Assembly: GCA_007693595.1 (NCBI GenBank)
Contig: REDI01000060.1
Location: 61,206 to 125,205, forward strand
DNA: 64,000 nt
Direction of reading: 5' to 3'
Origin: Deltaproteobacteria bacterium
GTDB taxonomy: Bacteria; Myxococcota_A; UBA796; GCA-2862545
Under the pieces are notes generated by a model. That model was not told the origin of the DNA. It was given only the letters and a program-made list of their open reading frames with translations, and did not search any database. Made by a program: the position numbers and the translations under genes. Shown piece by piece: positions 9,180 to 18,155 of this stretch; the stretch's first letter is position 1; each line of letters starts with the position of its first letter.

Positions 9180-9568
9180 CCAAAAAACAGGTGCTCGATA
9201 CGCTGGCCAAGACTGGCGATCTCGCCGATGCCGACCTCCGTGGCTGCGACCTGGCTGGGGTCTGCTTCGATGGGGCCAATCTTCAGCGGGCCAAGCTCGC
9301 CGAGAGCACGCTCGCCCGAGCGACCTTCCGCAAGGCGGACCTGAGCGGCGCCTCGCTCTGGCAGTGTGACTGCCAAGACGCAAACTTCGACGGTGCGATC
9401 CTCGAGGAGACCGACTTCGACTTCGCCTTCCTCGATGGATGTACCTTCAAGGGGGCCCGGATCCGCAAGACGGTCTTTCCCTTCAGTCAGCTTCCTCTCG
9501 ACGAGGTCAAGCGCAGCGTCAAGACGGGGCGCAAGGTGCGCATGGAGCCGATCGGGACTGATGAGTAG
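9158..9568 (+). CDS. pentapeptide-repeat protein
   Basis: It carries tandem A(D/N)LxxA(N/D)L-type pentapeptide repeats (ADLRGCDLAGVCFDGANLQRAKLAESTLARATFRKADLSGASL...). It overlaps the gshB 3' end by 22 nt. Confidence 0.8.
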   Translation: MGSPRTLTKKQVLDTLAKTGDLADADLRGCDLAGVCFDGANLQRAKLAESTLARATFRKADLSGASLWQCDCQDANFDGAILEETDFDFAFLDGCTFKGARIRKTVFPFSQLPLDEVKRSVKTGRKVRMEPIGTDE

Positions 9569-9596
9569 GCGAAGAACGCGAGCTCTGATCTTCGAT

Positions 9597-9621
9597 GGAA
9601 CCGTTGAGGTCCCGGGGCGTC
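9597..9621 (+). promoter_or_regulatory. candidate ECF-type promoter (GGAAC-N16-CGTC), about 45 nt upstream of the ECF sigma gene
   Basis: GGAAC at 9597-9601 and CGTC at 9618-9621 with a 16-nt spacer. This matches the AAC-N16/17-CGT architecture common for autoregulated ECF sigma promoters. Confidence 0.4.
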
Positions 9622-9667
9622 AAAGAGCTTTGTTGGCCCTCTGCCCATGGTTCTGATGCTCTTTGCG

Positions 9668-10273
9668 ATGGTGACCGCTCCGACCGATGCTGAGCTGGTG
9701 GAACGCTTCAAGAAAGGCGATCGTCATGCCTTCGACGTGCTCGTACAGCGCTATCAAGACCGCGTCTACTCCCTGTCTTATCGATGGATGGGCGATGAGC
9801 AGCTCGCGCTTGACCTCTCGCAAGACGTGTTCATTGCGCTGTATCGATCGTTGGGGCGCTTTCGCGGCGAGGCCAAGCTCAGCACGTGGGTCTACCGCGT
9901 GGTGCTCAACCACGCGCGAAACAAGCGTCAGTACCGACGGCGTCGTCACCTCGATCACCATGAGCCGCTCGAAGGGGAGCGCGCGGTCTCCGATGAGAGA
10001 TCCCCGAAGCGGCAGTTTGCTTCGGAGGGCCCTCCGCCCGACGCGGGGATGGAGCGACAGGATGCCGTCGACGCCGTCCAGCGCGCGCTCGAAGAGCTCC
10101 CCGCAGATCAGCGCGAGATCATCGTGCTGCGCGACATCGAAGACCTCTCCTACGAAGAGATCGCCGAGCTGCTCGGCGTCCCTCGTGGCACCGTCAAGAG
10201 CCGCCTCCATCGCGCCCGCCTTCAGCTCGGCCGGGTGCTCGTGCGATCGACCTCGGTGGAGGACGTGCTGTGA
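9668..10273 (+). CDS. RNA polymerase sigma-70 family ECF sigma factor
   Basis: Region 2 (DVLVQRYQDRVYSLSYRWMGD...DLSQDVFIALYRSLGRF) and region 4 (LPADQREIIVLRDIEDLSYEEIAELLGVPRGTVKSRLHRAR) are both recognisable. Confidence 0.9.
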   Translation: MVTAPTDAELVERFKKGDRHAFDVLVQRYQDRVYSLSYRWMGDEQLALDLSQDVFIALYRSLGRFRGEAKLSTWVYRVVLNHARNKRQYRRRRHLDHHEPLEGERAVSDERSPKRQFASEGPPPDAGMERQDAVDAVQRALEELPADQREIIVLRDIEDLSYEEIAELLGVPRGTVKSRLHRARLQLGRVLVRSTSVEDVL

Positions 10274-10290
10274 GGACCGAGGGAGGCCCG

Positions 10291-11262
10291 ATGCAAGCGC
10301 ATGATGAGCTCAGCGCCTATCTCGACGATGAGCTCAGTCCGGGCGAGCGGCGCGCGCTCGAGCGGCGCTTGGCCGACGACCCCGCCCTGCGAGCCGAGCT
10401 CGCGGCGCTGCGGGACACGGTGGCGCTGCTGCGGTCTCAGGGGCCCCTTCTCGCGCCAGAGCAGCTTACCGAGGGGATCCGACGCGCGCTCATGCACGAG
10501 CCCCCGCCGCGCGCGCCGGTCTTCTGGCGGCCTCGAAGGGGGGCGCTCCAGACGGTGGCGGTGGCGGCGGCGGCGGTGGTGGTCGTCGGGGTTGCGGTGA
10601 GCGGGAGCTTCATGGGCGAGCGAAGCCCCGCGATGTCCAAGGTCCAAGAGCCGTCCACCGAGCTCGACCTGATCGACGACGCGCTCCGAGCCGAGCGCCA
10701 CCCGGCCAAGGCGGCCTCTCCGCCGCCCACCACACCCAAGAAGTACCCTCCGGACCTCGACCGGACCCAGGATCAAGGTGGGGCTGGGGTCCCAGGCGAG
10801 GAGCCGGAGCCCCTCCAGGGGTCCCGCCTCGATCCGGCCGGCGAGCTGGGCCCCTCTGCTCAGGCCGTCCAGGGCTCCTCCTCCGCGGAGGAGCCAGCGG
10901 ATCTCTTCGGGGGAGCTTCGATTCACACGATCGCAGTGCGAGCCGAAGACCTCCCGACCATCGCGCGCCTGGTGCAGCGGCACCGTGGGCGGGATGTGCG
11001 GGGTGACGATCCGGCCGAGCGCATCGCCTCGCTGTCTCGCGGGGAGCATGACATGGCGCTGCGCCTGCCCGACGCCTCGGCACGGAACGCCTTTGTCCGT
11101 GACCTCCGACAAACCTTCCCAGGTCAGTACGCCGAGCGGGTCTCGAAGCGCGGCGGGGTCTCGCTCGCGGGTGCGCAGGTGGAGCTGCGTCTTGTGGTCT
11201 CTCGCATCGCGCCCTCCGTCACGGGCGATGGCGGGGAGAGCCCTGCCCAGAGCCAGGACTAA
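10291..11262 (+). CDS. anti-sigma factor (single-pass membrane, RskA/ChrR-like N-terminal anti-sigma domain)
   Basis: N-terminus MQAHDELSAYLDDELSPGERRALERRLADDPALRAEL is a typical anti-sigma helix. A TM segment AVAAAAVVVVGVAVSG follows, then a proline-rich extracytoplasmic region. The start, after GAGGGAGG, overlaps the sigma gene stop. Confidence 0.7.
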   Translation: MQAHDELSAYLDDELSPGERRALERRLADDPALRAELAALRDTVALLRSQGPLLAPEQLTEGIRRALMHEPPPRAPVFWRPRRGALQTVAVAAAAVVVVGVAVSGSFMGERSPAMSKVQEPSTELDLIDDALRAERHPAKAASPPPTTPKKYPPDLDRTQDQGGAGVPGEEPEPLQGSRLDPAGELGPSAQAVQGSSSAEEPADLFGGASIHTIAVRAEDLPTIARLVQRHRGRDVRGDDPAERIASLSRGEHDMALRLPDASARNAFVRDLRQTFPGQYAERVSKRGGVSLAGAQVELRLVVSRIAPSVTGDGGESPAQSQD

Positions 11263-11295
11263 CCCGAGAGCCTGGGCGGCGAACGCCCGCCCTTG

Positions 11296-12462
11296 TCAGC
11301 GTGCCCCGACGCCGAGCTCGCCGGCCCACCGACCGACGAAGGCGCGCGGGACGCGGGTGTTGATCGTCGTGAGGACCTCGTAGGGGATGGTGTCGGACCA
11401 TCGCGCCAGCTCGGCCAGGGTGATGCGCTGGTCGCCCTGTTGGCCGAGAAGGACGACCTCGTCGCCGTTATAAGCTGTCTCCCAGCCGATATCGACCATG
11501 ACCTGATCCATGCAGATCCGCCCTACCACCGGGTAGCGCCGTCCCCGGATCAGCACGTGGGCCTTGCCCGACATGCGCCGGGTGTAGCCATCGCCGTAGC
11601 CGACAGGCAGCGTCACGAGGCGGGTCTGCTCGGACGGAGCCCAGGTCGAGCCGTACGAGACAGGGTTTCCGGCGGCGACAACCTTGAAGTAGACCACCTT
11701 GCTCTTCCAGGTGAGGGCGGGGAGCAGCTCGCGGGGACACTCGCCGAGAGGATCGTAGCCGTAGAGCAACAGACCAGGACGGACCAGGTCGTAGCGGGCC
11801 TCGGGCAGGGTGAGCAGGGCACCGGAGTTGGCGATGTGGCGTAGGGGTGGCGCAATACGACGCTGCGCGTAGAAGTCGAGGACCTCCTCGAAGCGGGCGA
11901 GCTGGGTTCGAGCATGACGGAGGTCTTTGGCGTCGGCGTTGGCGAGGTGGGAGTAGATCCCTTCGATATCGACCCAGGTGCAGCGCAGACTGGTCTCGAG
12001 GAGCTCGCGGCAGGAGTACCAGTGCACCCCGATGCGCTCCATGCCGGTGTCGATCTTCAGGTGGACCTTGGCGCGGCGGCCAAGGCGGGCCGCGCACGCC
12101 TCGATGGCCTGGAGCTTGGGGACCGAGGAGGCCGTCAGAGTCAGGTCGTTGAGAATGAAGGCAGGGATCTGCTCGCCGACGATCCCTCCGAGTACGAGGA
12201 TGGGCGCTTGAACCCCCGCTCGACGCAGAGCGAGGCCCTCCTCGAGGTAGGCCACACCGAGGTGAGCGATCCCGAGCCTCTCATACAGGCGCGCTACGGT
12301 GAGGAGCCCATGTCCGTAGGCGTTGGCCTTGAGCACCGCCAGCACCTTCGCCCCGCCGATCTGCGCTCGGATCACCTCGAGATTATGGGCGAGACGGTCG
12401 AGGTCGACCACCAGATGGGTAGGCCGCAGGCGGATCTCGTCGGGGATGGGTGGACTCGTCAC
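11296..12462 (-). CDS. alr: alanine racemase
   Basis: VLKANAYGHGL carries the PLP-binding Lys. Length (388 aa) and collinearity with Alr fit. Confidence 0.9.
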   Translation of the reverse strand: MTSPPIPDEIRLRPTHLVVDLDRLAHNLEVIRAQIGGAKVLAVLKANAYGHGLLTVARLYERLGIAHLGVAYLEEGLALRRAGVQAPILVLGGIVGEQIPAFILNDLTLTASSVPKLQAIEACAARLGRRAKVHLKIDTGMERIGVHWYSCRELLETSLRCTWVDIEGIYSHLANADAKDLRHARTQLARFEEVLDFYAQRRIAPPLRHIANSGALLTLPEARYDLVRPGLLLYGYDPLGECPRELLPALTWKSKVVYFKVVAAGNPVSYGSTWAPSEQTRLVTLPVGYGDGYTRRMSGKAHVLIRGRRYPVVGRICMDQVMVDIGWETAYNGDEVVLLGQQGDQRITLAELARWSDTIPYEVLTTINTRVPRAFVGRWAGELGVGAR

Positions 12463-12532
12463 ACAGACCTCGGCCAGCGTCGCTGGGGCTACCTCCTACG
12501 GTGGCGTTCCCAGCCGCGCAACGAGGCTGGAG

Positions 12533-13249
12533 TCAGGGGCCGGTGGCGACGGCGCCGAAGCTTCCTCCGGGATCGGGGATGCAACCCTGCTCCGCCAGAG
12601 AGGTCCAGCGCTCGCCTGCGAGTACGAGATGATCGAGCAGGCGGACCCCAAGCACCTTGCCGGCGCTCGCGGTGCGTCGCGTGACCTCGCGATCCATAGC
12701 GGAAGGTGTCGGATCGCCGCTGGGGTGGTTGTGGGCCATCAGGACTCCAGCGGCTCCGAGCTCGACGGCAGGGCGGAAGACCTGCTTGGGATCGACCACC
12801 GTGAAGCCATCGCTGCCGCGGGTGAGCCGTCGAGCGCCTAGCAGACGGTTTCGTCGGTCGAGATAGAGAGCGTGAAGCTCCTCGACCGGCAGGTGGCGGA
12901 CGCGCGGGAGGAGGACGGCGGCGGCCTCGGCTGGCGAGCTCACCACCGGGGAGGTCGGTAGGGGCACGACGTGGGCGCGGCGACCGGCTTCTAGCGCGGC
13001 GTGCAGCCGCACCGCCCGCGCCAGGCCGACCCCAGGAATGGTTCGGAGCCGGTCGGGTTCCGCCCGAGCCAGTCCCCGTAGACCGCCAAAGCGGCTCACG
13101 AGATCGGCCGAGATCGACAAGGCGCTTCGCCCTCCCGCGCCGGTGCCGAGCAAGAGGGCCACAAGCTCGATATCTCCGAGCTCCTCTGGGCCGTGTACGA
13201 TGTACCGCTCTCTAGGCTGCACGCTCACCTCCTTGAGGCGCCACGCCAA
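12533..13249 (-). CDS. radC: RadC-family JAB/MPN domain protein
   Basis: The C-terminal JAMM-like motif HNHPSGDPTPSAMD is present. An N-terminal HhH region (RLRTIPGVGLARAVRL) is also recognisable. Confidence 0.85.
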   Translation of the reverse strand: MAWRLKEVSVQPRERYIVHGPEELGDIELVALLLGTGAGGRSALSISADLVSRFGGLRGLARAEPDRLRTIPGVGLARAVRLHAALEAGRRAHVVPLPTSPVVSSPAEAAAVLLPRVRHLPVEELHALYLDRRNRLLGARRLTRGSDGFTVVDPKQVFRPAVELGAAGVLMAHNHPSGDPTPSAMDREVTRRTASAGKVLGVRLLDHLVLAGERWTSLAEQGCIPDPGGSFGAVATGP

Positions 13250-13268
13250 GCAAGGAGCGTGCCAGGTC

Positions 13269-14000
13269 TCATCCAGAGATGAGTCTTGGTAGGATCTCCC
13301 CGGCCCTCCCGTAGAGTTCGACGGTCGCCAGGCTCGACTGTTCGGTCGGCTCTAAGTTTACCAGGATCACGGGTCGGCCCAAGCGACGGGCGAGTCCAGC
13401 GAAGCCCGCCGCCGGCCAGACGAGCCCGCTCGTTCCTATGATGAGGAAGGCATCGCACCGTCCGACGGCCTCGCCGACGGCCTCGAGCGAGCCTTCGGGC
13501 AGGGCCTCTCCAAACCAGACCACGCCGGGGCGCTCCAGTCCGCCACAGCGCGCGCAGTGAGGGGGGCCGGACCAGCCGTGGGTCCGGTCGACCCGCTCGT
13601 TCCCGCAATCCGTACATCGGACCGTAAAGATGTCGCCGTGCAGATGGACGATTCTGCGGCTGCCTGCCGCGCGGTGAAGCCCGTCCACGTTCTGGGTGGC
13701 GAGGGTGAAGTCGGCGGTCTGTTCCTCGAGCTGCACGAGGGCGTGGTGAGCGGCGTTGGGTGCGCAGCGGCTCAGCTCGGCCCGGCGATGGTCGTACCAC
13801 TCCCAGACGAAGTCAGGATCGGCGAAGAAGGCCTCGGGGGTGGCGAGCGTCATGGGGTCCTTGCCTTTCCACAGCCCCCCGGTGCCCCGAAAAGTCGGCA
13901 CGCCGCTCTCGGCGCTGATCCCTGCTCCCGTCATGACGGTGATGGCGTCTGCCTCGTCGAGGATCTGCTTGGCGCTCGCCAGCGCTGAAGAGAAGGACAT
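13269..14000 (-). CDS. cobB: NAD-dependent protein deacylase, Sir2 family (CobB-like sirtuin)
   Basis: GAGISAESGVPTFRG is present. A Zn ribbon CTDCGNE...CARCGG and HGD are present. Length is 243 aa. Confidence 0.85.
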   Translation of the reverse strand: MSFSSALASAKQILDEADAITVMTGAGISAESGVPTFRGTGGLWKGKDPMTLATPEAFFADPDFVWEWYDHRRAELSRCAPNAAHHALVQLEEQTADFTLATQNVDGLHRAAGSRRIVHLHGDIFTVRCTDCGNERVDRTHGWSGPPHCARCGGLERPGVVWFGEALPEGSLEAVGEAVGRCDAFLIIGTSGLVWPAAGFAGLARRLGRPVILVNLEPTEQSSLATVELYGRAGEILPRLISG

Positions 14001-14092
14001 CGGGACCTCCGACGGACCGACGTCGGTCGACGGTCGTCGACGGACGTCGGTCTGGGTTTACGAGAGAAGCCGAACTCGGGCTGGCGTGGACC

Positions 14093-16351
14093 TTGCTGTC
14101 GGGTTGGCCCGGAGGTGGCATGGAGCACTCTACCTTGCTGGGCTTTGGCGTGTGGCTCGGGGTCCTCGCGGCCGGCGGCCTGACCTGGGAGCCCCTCGGC
14201 TGGGCCTTGGCGGCGCTTGCGCTCGGTGGCGGGTGGCTGGTCTGCCGGGCTGGGCCGCTGATACTGGGGCTAGGACTGACTCTCGGGGTCCTCGCGGTTC
14301 AGATCTCGCCGCCAGGCCCCGCCCTGCGCGGACCCGTCGCCGTCCACGGCTGGGTGGTGCGGGCGCCGGTCGGAGCCACCCTCGATCTGGAGCTCCGCCG
14401 TGCGGGAACACCCTCGGAAGGGCTACGGCCAGCTCGAGGCCGCGTGAGGCTCGAGCTGGAGGGCAGCGCCCCGGCACCGGGCTCGGAGCTCATCGCTTGG
14501 GGCGAGGCCCGCGCGCCCACCGCCTCGGTCCTGCCAGGGGCGCCAGACCTCGGTCCAGGGACGCGCATGGGAGCGGTCCGCTCGGTTGTCCGCGCGCGTG
14601 GGTCGGCGGTGGTGGGGGGGCGGCCGGGGCCGTACCTGCCGGTTCCGGCCCGTCACGCAGGGGTTTTGCAGTCTCTGGCGCTGGGCGATCGTCGGCTGCT
14701 CGACGCGAGGGTGACCGAGAGCCTGCGGCGGACCGGAACCTCCCACCTTCTCGCGATCTCGGGTTTTCACGTCGGCGTTGTCGCAGGTGTGGTCGGAGGG
14801 ATCAGCGCGCTCCTGCTGCGCAGTCTGGGGATCGCCTACCAGCGCGGGGTGAGCCTGGCGTTGGCGTGGTGTGCCGCTGCCTTCGGGGCCTTGGTCTACG
14901 CCCTCTTCGCTGGCGCGCCCGTCAGCGCGCAGCGGGCGGTGGCGGTGGTGATGTTCGCCGCGCTCATCCGGTGCGTCGGGGCGCGTCCGGATCCTGTGCC
15001 CCTGGTGGCGACCATCGCCGCGCTTCTGCTGTGCTTCGACCCTGCTGCAGCGGTGAGTCCAGCCTTCCAGCTAAGCTTCGGGGCCGTGATCGGGCTGGCA
15101 CGCCTCGCCCCTCCCCTCGAGGGGGCCCGCCCTCGGTGGTGGCCTGACTCGCTGCGCTGGATCTGGACCTCGCTCATCGTCACCATCGCCGCCACCGTCG
15201 GGACCCTTCCCGCGGCGGGCTGGTGGTTCCAGGCCCTCCCGACCACCACCCCAGTGGCCAACCTGGTCGCGGTGCCGATCACCACCTTCGCCTTGGCCCC
15301 CCTGGCGGTCGCTGCGGGGTTCGCGCCTTCGCCGGTCGATGGATGGGCCTACCAGCTCGGAGACGTCGTGGTGGACGCGCTACTCTTCTGCTTGGACGGC
15401 CTGGCGGCCGAGCCCCTCCCCATCGCTCTGGACACCGCGGGGGCCTTGGCGCTGGGGAGCGCGGTCGTCCTCCATCGGCGGTGGGCCTGGATGCTCGCCC
15501 TAGCGCTGATCTTCGCGCCGCCACCTCCCGCCCCGAGCGGATTGAGGATCACCTGGCCCGATGTCGGGCAAGGCGCGGCGGCGCTGGTGGAGTGGCCCGA
15601 TGGTCGCCGATGGCTCGTCGACGGAGGTCCGCGATCCGAGGAGGTGCTGCACTGGCTGCGTCGCCGCAAGGTGCACCACCTCGATGTGGTCGTCGCGACG
15701 CACCCTCGGCACGATCACGCGGGGGGGCTGGCGGCGGTGGTGCGGGATCTCTCGGTCGGGGAGGTCTGGCTGCCACGCTGGGCGAGGGGAGAGCCTCCGC
15801 TTCACGACCTGGTCGTCACCGCCCTGGATCGCGGAGTGCGCGTCGTGCCGGGCCCTGCCGAGGATCAGGGAGCGAGCGCTCGGGGCGGGTTGGACCATCC
15901 CCAGGACTGGGGCCTCGTGCTCCTGCCGAGCCATGCCGGACACGCGGTCTTGCTTCCCTCCGATCTCTCCGCCCAAGGCGAGGAGCGCCTCCTCCAAGAG
16001 CTAGACCTGTCCTCGGTCGTGGCTGTCGCCGCCCCGCGGCACGGAGGCCGGGGCGCGTCCTCACGCGAGCTCATCGAGGCGGCTCGACCCCAGGTCGTGA
16101 TCGCCCAGTCTGGACGCCACCACCGCTTCGCACACCCCGCCGCCGAGACGGTGCGGAGGTGGAGCACGGCGGGCGCCCGCGTCTACCAGACACGCCTCGA
16201 CGGCACGGTCGAGCTGACCGTTCACTCGGGTCATCTCGTGGTGAGGACCTGGCGCGCGGACCGTGGCTGGCGGACCGAGCGGACCATCTCCCTCGGCGAG
16301 GGCCCATCGGGCGGTCGGGAGAAAGATCGCCGGCGGGCGGCTGTGCCGTGA
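14093..16351 (+). CDS. comEC: DNA internalization-related competence protein ComEC/Rec2 (competence domain plus metallo-beta-lactamase domain)
   Basis: It is a polytopic membrane protein. LLAISGFHVGVV is the ComEC signature. The C-terminal MBL motif VVATHPRHDHAGG is present. An alternative start lies at 14120. Confidence 0.85.
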   Translation: MLSGWPGGGMEHSTLLGFGVWLGVLAAGGLTWEPLGWALAALALGGGWLVCRAGPLILGLGLTLGVLAVQISPPGPALRGPVAVHGWVVRAPVGATLDLELRRAGTPSEGLRPARGRVRLELEGSAPAPGSELIAWGEARAPTASVLPGAPDLGPGTRMGAVRSVVRARGSAVVGGRPGPYLPVPARHAGVLQSLALGDRRLLDARVTESLRRTGTSHLLAISGFHVGVVAGVVGGISALLLRSLGIAYQRGVSLALAWCAAAFGALVYALFAGAPVSAQRAVAVVMFAALIRCVGARPDPVPLVATIAALLLCFDPAAAVSPAFQLSFGAVIGLARLAPPLEGARPRWWPDSLRWIWTSLIVTIAATVGTLPAAGWWFQALPTTTPVANLVAVPITTFALAPLAVAAGFAPSPVDGWAYQLGDVVVDALLFCLDGLAAEPLPIALDTAGALALGSAVVLHRRWAWMLALALIFAPPPPAPSGLRITWPDVGQGAAALVEWPDGRRWLVDGGPRSEEVLHWLRRRKVHHLDVVVATHPRHDHAGGLAAVVRDLSVGEVWLPRWARGEPPLHDLVVTALDRGVRVVPGPAEDQGASARGGLDHPQDWGLVLLPSHAGHAVLLPSDLSAQGEERLLQELDLSSVVAVAAPRHGGRGASSRELIEAARPQVVIAQSGRHHRFAHPAAETVRRWSTAGARVYQTRLDGTVELTVHSGHLVVRTWRADRGWRTERTISLGEGPSGGREKDRRRAAVP

Positions 16352-16365
16352 ACTCCTGTTGAGTC

Positions 16366-18036
16366 CTACATCATCCCGTACTCGGGCCCGTTGCCACCTT
16401 CGGGTGGGACCCAGGTGATGATCTGGTAGGGATCACGGATATCGCAGGTCTTACAGTGCACGCAGTTGCCGAAGTCGACCTCCATCTCGTCGCGGCCCGA
16501 CTCTTCGTTGGGGCGCATGTTGTAGACCTGGGCTGGGCAGAAACGGGTGCAGGGGTTGCCGTACTCTTCTTTGCAGGTGGTCGCGCAGATCTCGGTGTCG
16601 ATGATCTTGAGGTGCGCGGGCTGCTGCTCTTCGTGGACGGTGCCGGAGTGGTAGACGTCGGAGAGCTTGTCGACCAGGTAGGTGCCGTCGTACTCGACCG
16701 GCGGGAGGGGACGAGCCTCGGACTTCTTGCGGAGGTGCGTGAAGTCGGGGCTCATCTTCTTCGTGTCGCCAGGGCCGAAGAGGTACTGCATGCCGGTCTT
16801 GACCAGGCCGGCGAAGAAGCCTGCCTCGAAGTTGGCGTGCATGTTCTTGGCGAGCTCCATTTCGGGCTTGATCCACGAGGCGTCGAGCTGTTCCTTGTAG
16901 TGCCTGAGGGTCGCGGCCGAGGCATCGCCCTCGACCAGGGCCTTGAAGGCTGCTTCGGCGGCGAGCATGCCGCTCTTCATCGAGAGGTGGATACCCTTGA
17001 TCTTGAGCGGGTTGAGGAAGCTCGCCGAGTCGCCCACGATCATGGCGCCGTCGGTGTAGAGCTGGGGCATGGAGGACCAGCCGCCGATGGTAACGGCCTT
17101 GGCGCCGTACTTGATGACCTTGCCACCCCCGAGGATATCTTTGATGTAGGGGTGGGTCTTGAGGGCCTGGAGGTGGTGGTGGACGTCCATGTCGGGGTTG
17201 CCGCCGTCGAGGGCGGCCAACAGGCCGATGCAGTAATGGTCGCCGCCCATGGCGTACAGGAAGAAGCCACCGAAGGTGTCTGCGGGCAGGGGCCAGCCGA
17301 CCCCGTGGATCACCAGGCCATCCTTGACGGTTCCAGGAGGCATCTCGAGGATCTCTTTGCAGCCGAGCTCATAGACCATCGGGTTGCTGTGCAGGTCGAG
17401 CTTTTTGCGCTCGATGAGCCGGCGCGAGAGGTGCCCTCGTGGGCCTTCGCCGAGGATCGTGACTTGGGCGGTGAGATCCATGCCGGGCTCAAAGTTGTCT
17501 TTGGGGAGGCCGTCGCGGCCGATGCCCTTGTCGCCGGTGCGCACGCCCACGCACTGATCGCCGTCCCAGAGCAGCTCGGTTCCTGCGAAGCCGGGGAAGA
17601 TATTGACGCCCTTCTCTTCGGCGACCTCGGCGAGCCACTTGCAGACTTTGCCCAGCGAGGCGATGGGCTTGCCGTGGTTGATGAGCTCGGGGGGAAGCCA
17701 GGGTGCCTTGACCCGACCCCCTCCGTCGCGCAGATAGACGAACTCCTCGCGCTCGACCCACCGCTCAACGGGGAAACCACGCTCTTTCCAGTCGGGCATG
17801 CACTCGGCCAGCGCGATCGGGTCGATCACGGCCCCCGAGAGCTGGTGCGAACCGACCTCGGACCCCTTCTCGAGCACCGCGATCATCGGCTCCTCGAGGA
17901 TCTCGCCTTCGATCTGGCCGCTCTGCACGGCCTCGTTGTGCACCTCGATCAGGTTCATCAGGTGGATGGACCCGACCAGGCAGGCGGGGCCCGCTCCGAC
18001 GAACAGGACATCGACAGGCATCTCTTCGCGTTCCAT
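16366..18036 (-). CDS. electron-transfer flavoprotein:ubiquinone oxidoreductase
   Basis: N-terminal FAD motif DVLFVGAGPA is present. The C-terminal ferredoxin-like CVHCKTCDIRDP and conserved ETF-QO core blocks are present. Length is 556 aa. Confidence 0.9.
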   Translation of the reverse strand: MEREEMPVDVLFVGAGPACLVGSIHLMNLIEVHNEAVQSGQIEGEILEEPMIAVLEKGSEVGSHQLSGAVIDPIALAECMPDWKERGFPVERWVEREEFVYLRDGGGRVKAPWLPPELINHGKPIASLGKVCKWLAEVAEEKGVNIFPGFAGTELLWDGDQCVGVRTGDKGIGRDGLPKDNFEPGMDLTAQVTILGEGPRGHLSRRLIERKKLDLHSNPMVYELGCKEILEMPPGTVKDGLVIHGVGWPLPADTFGGFFLYAMGGDHYCIGLLAALDGGNPDMDVHHHLQALKTHPYIKDILGGGKVIKYGAKAVTIGGWSSMPQLYTDGAMIVGDSASFLNPLKIKGIHLSMKSGMLAAEAAFKALVEGDASAATLRHYKEQLDASWIKPEMELAKNMHANFEAGFFAGLVKTGMQYLFGPGDTKKMSPDFTHLRKKSEARPLPPVEYDGTYLVDKLSDVYHSGTVHEEQQPAHLKIIDTEICATTCKEEYGNPCTRFCPAQVYNMRPNEESGRDEMEVDFGNCVHCKTCDIRDPYQIITWVPPEGGNGPEYGMM

Positions 18037-18155
18037 TGGACCTCCGTAGCTCCCGGCGCCCCGGGCGAGAGGGGGAGGTAACCGATCCGGCCCGCTCGTC
18101 CCGCTCGGACCGGGCCCAGGCGTGAGCGCCCCGACGTTCCCGCTGGCATGCGGGG

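Noticed and set aside
13756-15147. 463-aa plus-strand ORF rich in Arg/Gly/Ala
   Set aside because: It lies out of frame over cobB/comEC and has low-complexity composition, whereas the ComEC frame carries clear motifs.
16456-18081. 541-aa plus-strand ORF
   Set aside because: It runs antisense to the ETF-QO gene, which has FAD and Fe-S motifs, so it is a GC artefact.
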